DNA of 63,288 bases, taken from positions 1-63,288 of IMG/VR virus record IMGVR_UViG_3300027833_001748; one strand, 5' to 3'. The notes beneath the pieces are model-generated. The model worked only from the letters and a program-made list of their open reading frames with translations. It was not told where the DNA came from and searched no databases. The DNA comes from a virus. Its lineage: Duplodnaviria; Caudoviricetes. Of the stretch, positions 1-8,790 are shown one piece after another; position 1 is the first letter of the stretch, and the number at the start of each line of letters is the position of its first letter. Both the position numbers and the translations under genes were made by a program.

Positions 1-1231
1 TAATTTTTTGGATAGCAGTTTCATTTAAATCATTAATTTGTGCAGTGTATGGATCTTCTTCATCTGCTCTAGTGTCTAATGCTTGTTTTAAATTTTCTAC
101 ATTGTTTCTATGTTCGTATGCTTCTTTAGCTGCGTCATAAAATGTAGTAGGCTTGCCGTTGATGTCACCAATTTGATCCAGTGCCGCCATAACGTCTTTT
201 ACTTTAACATCAATCTCGGATTGATACGCTACAGCATCATCAAGTTCTTTAGTTTTACGCTCTGCAATCTCTGCTTTTTTGTCTGCATGTAGTTCTTGTC
301 CGCAAGTATAACACGTTGCATCATCTAAATCTACAATGTCTTTAGTTGCTTTTGCAACAGACTTGTCAGCACGTTGTAGTGCAGGTTCGAGTGTACCTAG
401 TTCTTTTCTAAGTGCTAGTATGGCATTGTTGTGTTCAGTCCAGTTAGACAACTTTTCATGTGACTCAAGTTCACTTTCGATATCTAAATGTTCTAATTCA
501 TCAATTGCTTCACGTAACTTTATTGTATCAGTATTGCGTTTAGATAACCATGCTTTCTGTCTACCTTCAAGTGACGAAATGCTTGCTTCAATCTTTGAAT
601 TGGCAGTTTGTATTGCTTCAATCTTTAGTGTTTCTTCGGTAATAGCATCTTTAGTCTGACGAGTTGTCTCTTTAAGTGCTGTTGCCTTCTCACTTAGTAT
701 GGTAATACCTAACAACTGCTCAATAATAGCACGTTGGTCATTAACACGCATACTTAAAAACGGTTCGGTATAGGTGTTTAGTGCAACAATGTGCTTAAAC
801 ATATCATGACTCATACCTAACAACGTGTTTACATCGTCTTGTGTTTGTCTACTGTCACCCTGCGACTCGTCTACTAGTTTTTCTTGATTGTTAATATAAA
901 ATCTAAAGAATGTAGGAGATCTACCACGCTCAATGCGGTATTGATTACCGTCTTTTTCAAATTGTAATGTAACTAACATGCCTTTGCTGTTAGTTTTGTT
1001 AATTAGATTGTTGCGTTTGATATTTGTAAGTGCAGTACCATATAATGCATAACTTAGTGCATTAATGATAGTGGTCTTACCAGTACCGTTACGTGAACCA
1101 CTATCGTCTCCTCCTTGATCTAAGTTTTCACCTAGCACAAGTGTTAGTTGTTCACCTTCAAAATCTACTGCTTGAGTTTGGTTACCCACACTCATGAAGT
1201 TTTTTACGGTCATATCTTTAATCTTAATCAT
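1..1231 (-). CDS. gp46: SbcC/Rad50-like recombination exonuclease ATPase subunit (T4 gp46-like); 3' end runs off the window
   Basis: Not in the ORF track. Hand translation from ATG at 1231 gives MIKIKDMTVKNFMSVGN, Walker A GSRNGTGKTT, coiled coil and zinc hook CYTCG (~295-315). Directly downstream of gp47. Confidence 0.92.
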   Translation of the reverse strand, partial: MIKIKDMTVKNFMSVGNQTQAVDFEGEQLTLVLGENLDQGGDDSGSRNGTGKTTIINALSYALYGTALTNIKRNNLINKTNSKGMLVTLQFEKDGNQYRIERGRSPTFFRFYINNQEKLVDESQGDSRQTQDDVNTLLGMSHDMFKHIVALNTYTEPFLSMRVNDQRAIIEQLLGITILSEKATALKETTRQTKDAITEETLKIEAIQTANSKIEASISSLEGRQKAWLSKRNTDTIKLREAIDELEHLDIESELESHEKLSNWTEHNNAILALRKELGTLEPALQRADKSVAKATKDIVDLDDATCYTCGQELHADKKAEIAERKTKELDDAVAYQSEIDVKVKDVMAALDQIGDINGKPTTFYDAAKEAYEHRNNVENLKQALDTRADEEDPYTAQINDLNETAIQKI

Positions 1232-1232
1232 A

Positions 1233-2249
1233 TTAGTGTTCTAATCCGTTATATATTTGCAGTAATAAGCTCTTATCATAGTTATTAGTGTCTAGCTCTG
1301 CTATTTCATTACTTACAATTTGATCTACACTTTCAAAAACAGAAATATCTAATTCAGTAGTAATTTCTTCTAGTTGTTTTTGCGGTATCAAAGTAATTTC
1401 ACGACAATTGTATTGTCCAATAAAGGTTTCCTTAATAAAACTTGCTTCTTCGTAACTAATCGGTAAGTCTAATGTTACTCTAAGGTACATTTTACTTTTA
1501 ATTAATGTTTCTGCATTGTCGATCAAGTTACTAAGTGTTACAGTGCGATACTTAGGACAATTAGGCCAGTCAATAAACTCTGGCTCTTTGTTATTTTCCT
1601 TGTCAAGTATCATCATACCGCGTTCGTCATCACCTACGTCAGCATAGTTGTGCGGAAATGCATTACCAATGTAATGAATAGCACCTTGCTTCTGCCGTTT
1701 GTGGAAGTGTCCACTGAATACGTACTCTTGATGCTTAAAGTGTTCAGGCTTTAGGTCACCATGGTCGGGCATTCTAACTAATGCGTTCATATAGAAGCTA
1801 GGAAGTTCAAAGTGACCAAACAAATACTTTGTTTCGATGTCTTTCATCTTCTTCCATTCGTCGCCCACTAGCCACGGGACTAGAGCAACATCATCTTCTA
1901 TAAAGATCTCGTCTACGAATGTAATACCTGGAATGTGTTTTGCAAAAGCAGTACTGTTAACGTCACGTTTGTCTTTATAATACAAGTCGTGGTTGCCATC
2001 AAAGAAGTAAAACTTCTCAAATGCTTTGCCTAACTTTTCCATGCTCCTAATTGTAGCATCCATGGTTGTAAGATTAAGACTATTTCTGTTATGATGCCAG
2101 TCTCCGCAGAAGATACCAGTTTCACAACCGGCAGCTTGTGCTTGTTCTATGTACCAATCAATAAATTCTTCGCAATCATCGTTATGTACACGACTATTGC
2201 CCTTTAAACCAAAATGGATGTCTGTAAACACCGCAGCTTTCTTAAACAA
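1233..2249 (-). CDS. gp47: SbcD/Mre11-like metallophosphoesterase nuclease (T4 gp47-like)
   Basis: Motifs DIHFG, GDWHH, GNHD, GHFE, SGHFH; adjacent to gp46 and gp55 as in T4-like phages; TTG start with GGAGG upstream. Confidence 0.93.
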   Translation of the reverse strand: MFKKAAVFTDIHFGLKGNSRVHNDDCEEFIDWYIEQAQAAGCETGIFCGDWHHNRNSLNLTTMDATIRSMEKLGKAFEKFYFFDGNHDLYYKDKRDVNSTAFAKHIPGITFVDEIFIEDDVALVPWLVGDEWKKMKDIETKYLFGHFELPSFYMNALVRMPDHGDLKPEHFKHQEYVFSGHFHKRQKQGAIHYIGNAFPHNYADVGDDERGMMILDKENNKEPEFIDWPNCPKYRTVTLSNLIDNAETLIKSKMYLRVTLDLPISYEEASFIKETFIGQYNCREITLIPQKQLEEITTELDISVFESVDQIVSNEIAELDTNNYDKSLLLQIYNGLEH

Positions 2250-2276
2250 AGAGTATCCTCCATATATACATGTTAT

Positions 2277-2305
2277 AGTATATATTAATTATTAACACCT
2301 GTCAA
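2277..2305 (-). promoter_or_regulatory. sigma70-type promoter for gp47-gp46
   Basis: Minus strand TTGACA (2305-2300), 17-nt spacer, TATACT (2282-2277). Confidence 0.8.
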
Positions 2306-2306
2306 C

Positions 2307-3155
2307 CTATTTTTTGGGTTTTGTGTAAACTGTTTGAGCTGCATTTGCATTTCGTTGAACACTTGCTTCCCATTCGCCTTGATTTTGTCTTGTATAACTC
2401 GGGTTTAAGTCATTCATTTCTAAAATGTCGTCTCTAATGTTTTGATTACGCTTCTCTATATTAATTACACGAACAAAACTGTTAGTAACTGCGGCAGTGT
2501 AGTATGCAAACGGATTATCTGACTTAGACTCATCAAACTGCAACCCAATCTGCGCCAGTTGTAGTATTGCTTGTCCTTTCATCTCGTCATTGTATGTGTA
2601 GCCACGTACATTGCCTCTTGTTGCATAACGATCAACAAGTTTTAACCACATCATAGCAAGTTTATCTGTTGCTTTGCCGTGTTTATGACTAAAGTTGCCG
2701 TTTTCCATACCGCCTACCCAGTGGCTTTTGCCTACTAGTATAATTTCGCCTTCGTCATTGTACTTGTAATGTTTGAATGGCGGAAAAGGAAGTTTGACTC
2801 TTGTATCTGCAACTGTCTTTGGGTTCTTTTTACGTCCGGGCTCTTCTGGAATGTGATCAAATGTCATTACACGGAAGATTAATTCTTCTTTTGTAATTTC
2901 AGATGCAAGTGTTTCACATTCAGCTTGTTTAACTTTTTCACCTAAGCCTTTTCTACGTGCATATTCGTCAGCCGACATCTTTTTTGCTTTGTTGCGTTTT
3001 GCTTCTGCAACTGACAATCGGTTAATTTTGTCTACACTTTGCAAAATAATGTCATACTGACCATATTCTTCTGCTGTATAGCTGTTAAATCTATTTTTAG
3101 ATTTATGTATCTCTTTTAATATATCTTTATTGTTCAGATAATTCTTGGGGCGCAT
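2307..3155 (-). CDS. gp55: Late-transcription sigma factor (T4 gp55-like) with a large internal insertion
   Basis: N-terminal YLNNKDIL and C-terminal RGYTYNDEM...FDESKSDNPFAYYT...SFVRVINIEK match gp55-family motifs; gene order gp55-gp47-gp46. Confidence 0.88.
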   Translation of the reverse strand: MRPKNYLNNKDILKEIHKSKNRFNSYTAEEYGQYDIILQSVDKINRLSVAEAKRNKAKKMSADEYARRKGLGEKVKQAECETLASEITKEELIFRVMTFDHIPEEPGRKKNPKTVADTRVKLPFPPFKHYKYNDEGEIILVGKSHWVGGMENGNFSHKHGKATDKLAMMWLKLVDRYATRGNVRGYTYNDEMKGQAILQLAQIGLQFDESKSDNPFAYYTAAVTNSFVRVINIEKRNQNIRDDILEMNDLNPSYTRQNQGEWEASVQRNANAAQTVYTKPKK

Positions 3156-3179
3156 CGGTTTCTCCTATAGTTAACTTAT

Positions 3180-3208
3180 ATTATAATATACTATGTTAAT
3201 TTTGTCAA
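3180..3208 (-). promoter_or_regulatory. Perfect-consensus sigma70 promoter for gp55
   Basis: Minus strand TTGACA (3208-3203), 17-nt spacer, TATAAT (3185-3180); AGGAG Shine-Dalgarno before the ATG at 3155. Confidence 0.88.
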
Positions 3209-3209
3209 C

Positions 3210-3215
3210 TAAATA
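3210..3215 (+). promoter_or_regulatory. Putative gp55-dependent late promoter (TAAATA)
   Basis: CTAAATAGTAGT at the head of the structural operon; resembles the T4 late promoter TATAAATA; same hexamer recurs at five other structural gene junctions. Confidence 0.7.
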
Positions 3216-3239
3216 GTAGTGTAGGAGTGAAAATAAATT

Positions 3240-4094
3240 ATGGCGTTTAAAATTAACTTTAATGCAAGTAACTTTGTCAGTAGCATAGTAAGTGATGCAA
3301 AGGAAGCAGTTAAGGGTGCAATCGGTGATACTATCAACCAAAAACTTGGTAGTTTAGGCCCACTTGGCAAATTAGCAGCTAACTTTATCAATGAAACTGG
3401 CGGATTCGGTGCATCAAATAGAAACAGAACAATATCTCGTGCTATTATATCAGCTGATAATACCATATCTGATCCTGATGATTGGCGTGTTAGTATTAGT
3501 GTACCGTCTGTTATACTAGACGAGGGCGAAATACTTGCTCCACTAAGATCAGAAACAAATGGAAATAGTGCATTTAACACAGGAAACAGAATGATATTTC
3601 CGTTTAACCCAACAGTGTTGTTAAGCCATAGTGCAAACTATTCTCAAGTGCAGCCTACACATACAAACTATCCTTACAATGCTTATGAAAGCAGTCAAGT
3701 AGATGCAATTACACTTACTGGAGAATTTTATCAAGAAAATCAAAACGATGCGCTATATTGGATTGCGTGTTTGCACTTTTTAAGAAGTGCAACTAAAATG
3801 TTTTACGGAAACAGTAATCCATTAGGCAATCCGCCAGTTGTTTGCAGATTAAACGGTTATGGTAAGCATGTATTAAATAATATTCCGGTTGTAATAACAA
3901 ACTTTACAACAGATTTGCCAACAGATGTAGATTACATACAAACAACATGTGCAGGAAGAGTAAACTATGTTCCTACACAAAGTTCAATAACAGTTACGTT
4001 GCAACCACAATATGCAAGACGTTCGCAATCAGGATTTAGTTTAAATGAATTTGCAGGCGGTGGCCATGTTGGTGGTGATGAGGGCTTTGTATAA
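3240..4094 (+). CDS. Baseplate tail-tube initiator / tube-like protein (gp48/gp54-like)
   Basis: IFPFNP...ITLTGEF...LRSATKMFYG...PPVVCRLNGYG...PVVITNF pattern typical of contractile-tail tube initiators; precedes a gp53-like gene. Confidence 0.6.
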   Translation: MAFKINFNASNFVSSIVSDAKEAVKGAIGDTINQKLGSLGPLGKLAANFINETGGFGASNRNRTISRAIISADNTISDPDDWRVSISVPSVILDEGEILAPLRSETNGNSAFNTGNRMIFPFNPTVLLSHSANYSQVQPTHTNYPYNAYESSQVDAITLTGEFYQENQNDALYWIACLHFLRSATKMFYGNSNPLGNPPVVCRLNGYGKHVLNNIPVVITNFTTDLPTDVDYIQTTCAGRVNYVPTQSSITVTLQPQYARRSQSGFSLNEFAGGGHVGGDEGFV

Positions 4095-4393
4095 TGAGTA
4101 GTCCAAGTTTAAGTCCATATGGAAGAACGCCTATTAACCGAACTGGTTATTTAGATATTTTATCACCACGTCCTGTGCCAATTAACAAAGAAGATATATT
4201 ATTTGAAATTACATCTGAATATACATATCGTCCAGACTTACTTGCACACATTGTATATGGCAGAAAAGAGCTATGGTGGGTATTTGCTCAACGAAACCTA
4301 GATATATTAAAAGATCCAGTATTTGATTTTGTTGCAGGTACAAAAATATATCTACCAGATCCGTCAGCATTAAAAAATACTTTAGGATTCTAA
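4094..4393 (+). CDS. gp53: Baseplate wedge protein, LysM-like (T4 gp53-like)
   Basis: YRPDLLAHIVYGRKELWWVFAQRN...GTKIYLP motif. Confidence 0.8.
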   Translation: MSSPSLSPYGRTPINRTGYLDILSPRPVPINKEDILFEITSEYTYRPDLLAHIVYGRKELWWVFAQRNLDILKDPVFDFVAGTKIYLPDPSALKNTLGF

Positions 4394-4394
4394 T

Positions 4395-7300
4395 ATGGCA
4401 TTTAATTTAGGTGCATCATTAAAAAGTAGTTTAACGTCAGCAGTAGTAAGTTCTGTTAGCAATAGCATCAGTTCTAATATACCTGGCGTTAATTCTAGTT
4501 TAATGAAAAGTGCATTAGCAGGCGCTGATATTAAAAGTGCATCACTTGGGTCATTTTCAAGTCTAGGTGGCAATTTAAACTTAGGTTCAATAGGTAATAA
4601 TATATTAGGTGGATTTGGCAATGATTTAATTGGCGGCATATCAACTAAATTAGGCGGCTTAATTGCAAATGCTGATGAACTAGTTGGTCTAGCTAGTAAC
4701 CCATTAAAAATAATAGAACGCGGTGCAGCTGATTTAATGACACTTACTGGTGAGGAATATGGTTTTGCATTAGATCAATATCGTGAACTAAAAGATAAAA
4801 CTGTTATCACAGACAACTTAGTTGATGGTGCATTTGCTCCATCTTACAAAGGTGACGATACAGCAGCAAGTAAAATACCAAATCCTTTAAGAAACCATAA
4901 TGGTATGAGTTATGAAGTTACACTTGGAGTACTTAGTGCATCAGAATTTAATAATCCAGCAAGCTATAGAGACGGTGGCGGATTTAAAAATTACATAGTA
5001 AAAAGTTCCGGCGGCAGATTAGAAGAACGCTATCAAGTATTTGATGAAACAGGCGGCGGATCAAGTGACCATGCAGAATATTATATTGATGATATTGAAT
5101 TAGATGCAGTAATTTCGCCAAATAAAAATACTAGAGTAACAGCAGGTACAGCATTATCATTTACGGTTACGGAACCGTATAGTATGGGTAATTTTATACA
5201 AGCAATTATTGGATCGGCTAATGACGCAGGATATAGTGCATATAACGAAGCACCGTTTTGTTTAAAAATTGACTTTAAAGGTTGGAATTTAGACGGAACT
5301 ACAGATGCTAATTTTTACAATCAACCTTGTTTTATACCTATTAAATTTATTAATATGGAATTTAACATAACTGGACAAGGTAGTACATATAATGTAAAAG
5401 CAGTTCCTATGAGTGAGTCTGGGCTATCGGATAATATTAATAATATTGGAGCGCAAATTAGAACGTCAGGCACATTTTGCCACGAAGTGCTTGAAACTAA
5501 TGATAATTCTTTAACAGGTGCAATAAACAGACAAATTGAAGACTTAGAAGAATCGGGTGCAATTGCTCCCTTTGATAGATATGTTATTTGTTTTCCAAAA
5601 ACAAGAGGAACACTAAGAGATGTACTTAAAACAGGATCGGTTGTGCTCTCTGCATTTACAACATCACCTGAGGAACAAGAAGCTCAGCGTGTCGGCTCAG
5701 GAGTAACCAATCCTCAATTACGTGCAGCATACAATCCTACAATTGTTACAGTGTCACAGCCAAACAAAACATATTCAGTGTTAAAATCATTTGCTGAAAA
5801 TACTGCATTAATGAATGCTATTGGATTAAGTCCTCTAAATGAAGATACAAATGCTGCAGGCAACGCACAAGAAATGAATCCTACATCAGCAACTAATCCT
5901 GACACAGGATTAATAGAAACACAAAATGTAGCAGCACAACCAACAGACAAAGCAAGAGACTTTCAATATAGTCAAGGTGAACAAATTACTAGTATTATTG
6001 AAAAAACAATATTACAAACTACCTATGCTGCTGAAAAAGCAACTGAAGGTGCAACTAACGGAATGAACAAATGGTTTAGAATCGATACTCAAGTGTTTAT
6101 TGATGAAAGTCCGTTGACAGAAGCACAGTTAGGACGTAAGCCTAAAATTTATGTGTATAGTGTTATTCCTTACGAAGTTGACGAAGCAGTAACAGCAGCA
6201 GGAAACAAACGTCCAAAGAATACTAAAGGTCTTAGAGAACTTGCTCAAAAAGAATACAACTATATCTATAGTGGTAAAAATGAAGATGTGTTAAACTTTG
6301 ATATTAATTTTAATAATGCATTTTTAATGACAGCAAATGCAGACCTTGGAATGAACGCTGGCGGCCTACGAGATCCAAATGCAGGCGCAAATAATGCATC
6401 TGCCAATCAAAAAGATGGAGGTGCTGTTGCTTCAGTGCCAGGAGATTTAGAAACAGCAGACGATGCTGCTAATGGAATGGAATTTAATAACGGTGTTGCT
6501 AATCCTTCTGGAGGCGGCGGCTCTGATATTCGCAAGCAAATTGCAGAAATGTTCCATGATAGAATTACAAATATGACTATTGATATGGTTACAGCAGAAA
6601 TGGAAATTGTTGGAGATCCATATTTTATTCCACAACAAACTGGTAACTACGTTGCAGAAAACGGTAAAAGTCCTGCTATAACACAAGATGGTACTATGAA
6701 TTATTTAGATCAATCAGTATTTTGTATAGTAAACTTTAGAACACCATTTGATTATCAAGTAACAGGAGCAACAATGGAGTTTCCACAGATTGTTCCTGGA
6801 TTTAGTGGATTGTTCCAAGTATGGGCAGTAACTAACAGATTTTCAAAAGGACAATTTACACAAACACTTAAAATGATTAGACGTAAAGGTCAAGACGATA
6901 AAGAAACAACAGGAAGTAGTAATTTGATAAATGTTGATAATAGTGCAGCTCTAAATAAAGACGGAACACAGTCAGATGGCACAGTTGGACAAACAGGAGC
7001 CAATAGCCCAGATTGTATGCCAGCACCATTAACAGATGATGTTAGAAATATTGGACCTGCAATTGCCGATGATGTTGCTAACAAATTAGCAGCAGATGCA
7101 AAAGCACTTGAATCAAAATTAACAACAGTTATACCAGATGTTAGTCCATTAATTGAAGGTGTAGATTTTGGCGTAGCAAAAGCACCTGACTTATCTAAAG
7201 TTATACCAAAACTAGATGCTTTTGGTGGCGCAGGAGCAGCAATTGGTAATGCACAAGGTATTGTTAGTGGCGCAGGAGCAGCACTTGGTAATGCACAAGG

Positions 7301-7439
7301 TATTGTTGATAGCGCAGCCAGTAAAGCACAAAACGCTGCCGCAAATGCAGTAAATAATGCAAGTAATGCTGCTAATAATGCAATTAATAGTGCAAGCGGC
7401 GCAGCAAAATCAAAAGTTAGCAAGTTGTTAGGAGGTTAA
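4395..7439 (+). CDS. Baseplate hub protein (gp27/phage late control D-like) with low-complexity termini
   Basis: Between gp53 and gp5; C-terminal AEMEIVGDPY...FSGLFQVWAVTNRFSKGQFTQTL hub pattern; Gly/Ser/Ala/Asn-rich extensions at both ends. Confidence 0.6.
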   Translation: MAFNLGASLKSSLTSAVVSSVSNSISSNIPGVNSSLMKSALAGADIKSASLGSFSSLGGNLNLGSIGNNILGGFGNDLIGGISTKLGGLIANADELVGLASNPLKIIERGAADLMTLTGEEYGFALDQYRELKDKTVITDNLVDGAFAPSYKGDDTAASKIPNPLRNHNGMSYEVTLGVLSASEFNNPASYRDGGGFKNYIVKSSGGRLEERYQVFDETGGGSSDHAEYYIDDIELDAVISPNKNTRVTAGTALSFTVTEPYSMGNFIQAIIGSANDAGYSAYNEAPFCLKIDFKGWNLDGTTDANFYNQPCFIPIKFINMEFNITGQGSTYNVKAVPMSESGLSDNINNIGAQIRTSGTFCHEVLETNDNSLTGAINRQIEDLEESGAIAPFDRYVICFPKTRGTLRDVLKTGSVVLSAFTTSPEEQEAQRVGSGVTNPQLRAAYNPTIVTVSQPNKTYSVLKSFAENTALMNAIGLSPLNEDTNAAGNAQEMNPTSATNPDTGLIETQNVAAQPTDKARDFQYSQGEQITSIIEKTILQTTYAAEKATEGATNGMNKWFRIDTQVFIDESPLTEAQLGRKPKIYVYSVIPYEVDEAVTAAGNKRPKNTKGLRELAQKEYNYIYSGKNEDVLNFDINFNNAFLMTANADLGMNAGGLRDPNAGANNASANQKDGGAVASVPGDLETADDAANGMEFNNGVANPSGGGGSDIRKQIAEMFHDRITNMTIDMVTAEMEIVGDPYFIPQQTGNYVAENGKSPAITQDGTMNYLDQSVFCIVNFRTPFDYQVTGATMEFPQIVPGFSGLFQVWAVTNRFSKGQFTQTLKMIRRKGQDDKETTGSSNLINVDNSAALNKDGTQSDGTVGQTGANSPDCMPAPLTDDVRNIGPAIADDVANKLAADAKALESKLTTVIPDVSPLIEGVDFGVAKAPDLSKVIPKLDAFGGAGAAIGNAQGIVSGAGAALGNAQGIVDSAASKAQNAAANAVNNASNAANNAINSASGAAKSKVSKLLGG
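7225..7307 (+). repeat. Tandem duplication of a 42-bp unit encoding GAGAA(I/L)GNAQGIV
   Basis: gtggcgcaggagcagc(a/c)...ggtaatgcacaaggtattgtt at 7225 and 7267, with one internal mismatch. Confidence 0.9.
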
Positions 7440-7440
7440 T

Positions 7441-8790
7441 ATGTCAACAGAACACGATGACGATAGTGGCTTACCAGAAGAAAGTTCCGGCAAACTTGAA
7501 CAAGAAAATGCAGTTCCTGTAGAAGAAGTAGGCCCTTGGTACAAAGAAGAGTTAGGTATTGGCCGTGGCAGAGAAATTTTTAAAAATTGTTTTGACATGT
7601 GGGAATATGGTGAAAATGTTATTTTCAATGCAAGAAAACCGTATAAAATTGTTTGTGTAATTGATAATACTGATACAATTTGGGACGGATTATTATATCC
7701 AAAACAACCACATTGGTGGGTAGGAGAAAGAATTCCTGCACTACATCCTGAGAACATGCCAGAAGACTTTAAAGGTGATATTGACTTTATTCCCTTATAT
7801 GAAAAAATGATAGAATGGCGCGAAGAAAATATAAAGCAATCTATTAAACCAAGAGGTTCGGTAAGAGTTAGTAATTATAAAGGTGTTCCTGTTTACTTAC
7901 CAGATCCAATGTTAGATTACAGTCGTCCTCCTATACAAGTAGGACAAACAACTGGTGCTAAAACAAATGTAAAAACAATCACAACAACTAATACATCTGC
8001 AAGCGGTTCAACAACACAAGAGACTGTTGTAGGAAATGTAGCTATTGGCGAAGAGCAGCAAAAAGATATTGCTGCTAATCAAGCAAAACAGTATGACGAT
8101 GCTATATTAAGGAAAGCTAGAACTAAAACTAAAATTCCTCCATCGGCTAATACAGCTTCAAGAGAAGGATCTAATACAAATGATACCAGTGACTTCGGCG
8201 TTGGCGAAACTGTAACATCTGCTGCCACTGATCCACTTAATGCTTTTGGCGGCGCTGGCGCTGATGTTGGACAAAATAATACTGGAGGCGGTATACAAGT
8301 ACCAGATCAAATAAGTGGACAAGGACAAGCAGATCCTTGTTTGCCTAATAATCCTCAAACAACTAGTGCAGGCACAGCAACGGCTCCTGCATCAGAACCT
8401 TACCAAGACCGTATATTAAGACAATCACGTGATGCTGCCGCAGCACCAGAAACTCCGTTAGATGCTTTTGGCGGGCCTGGCCCGGTAACACCAACAGCAC
8501 CGACTACAGTTACAGGTCCTGATTCGGCTACTGCACAATCAGCTCCCGACCCAATAGTTCCAGGAAGTGTATACATATATGAACCACTCACTCCGGGCTT
8601 TGACAGATATGATTTTAATTCAGGAAAAAAAGTCTATACGCCTAACAGTGGAGCAAGTAGAACTAACCAAGGACAGCTAGTGACAAGCGGCGGAACAACA
8701 GAACCAACACCAACAGCAGCAGCACCAGTTCAAGATCCAGATGTAGACTTTGATGATGCATATGGCGGAAATTTTAGAGGACCCTTTTAA
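7441..8790 (+). CDS. Hypothetical protein: small globular N-domain plus long Thr/Pro/Ala/Gly-rich disordered region
   Basis: 449-aa ORF with AGGAGG upstream and TAATG coupling to gp5; no recognisable family motif. Confidence 0.75.
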   Translation: MSTEHDDDSGLPEESSGKLEQENAVPVEEVGPWYKEELGIGRGREIFKNCFDMWEYGENVIFNARKPYKIVCVIDNTDTIWDGLLYPKQPHWWVGERIPALHPENMPEDFKGDIDFIPLYEKMIEWREENIKQSIKPRGSVRVSNYKGVPVYLPDPMLDYSRPPIQVGQTTGAKTNVKTITTTNTSASGSTTQETVVGNVAIGEEQQKDIAANQAKQYDDAILRKARTKTKIPPSANTASREGSNTNDTSDFGVGETVTSAATDPLNAFGGAGADVGQNNTGGGIQVPDQISGQGQADPCLPNNPQTTSAGTATAPASEPYQDRILRQSRDAAAAPETPLDAFGGPGPVTPTAPTTVTGPDSATAQSAPDPIVPGSVYIYEPLTPGFDRYDFNSGKKVYTPNSGASRTNQGQLVTSGGTTEPTPTAAAPVQDPDVDFDDAYGGNFRGPF

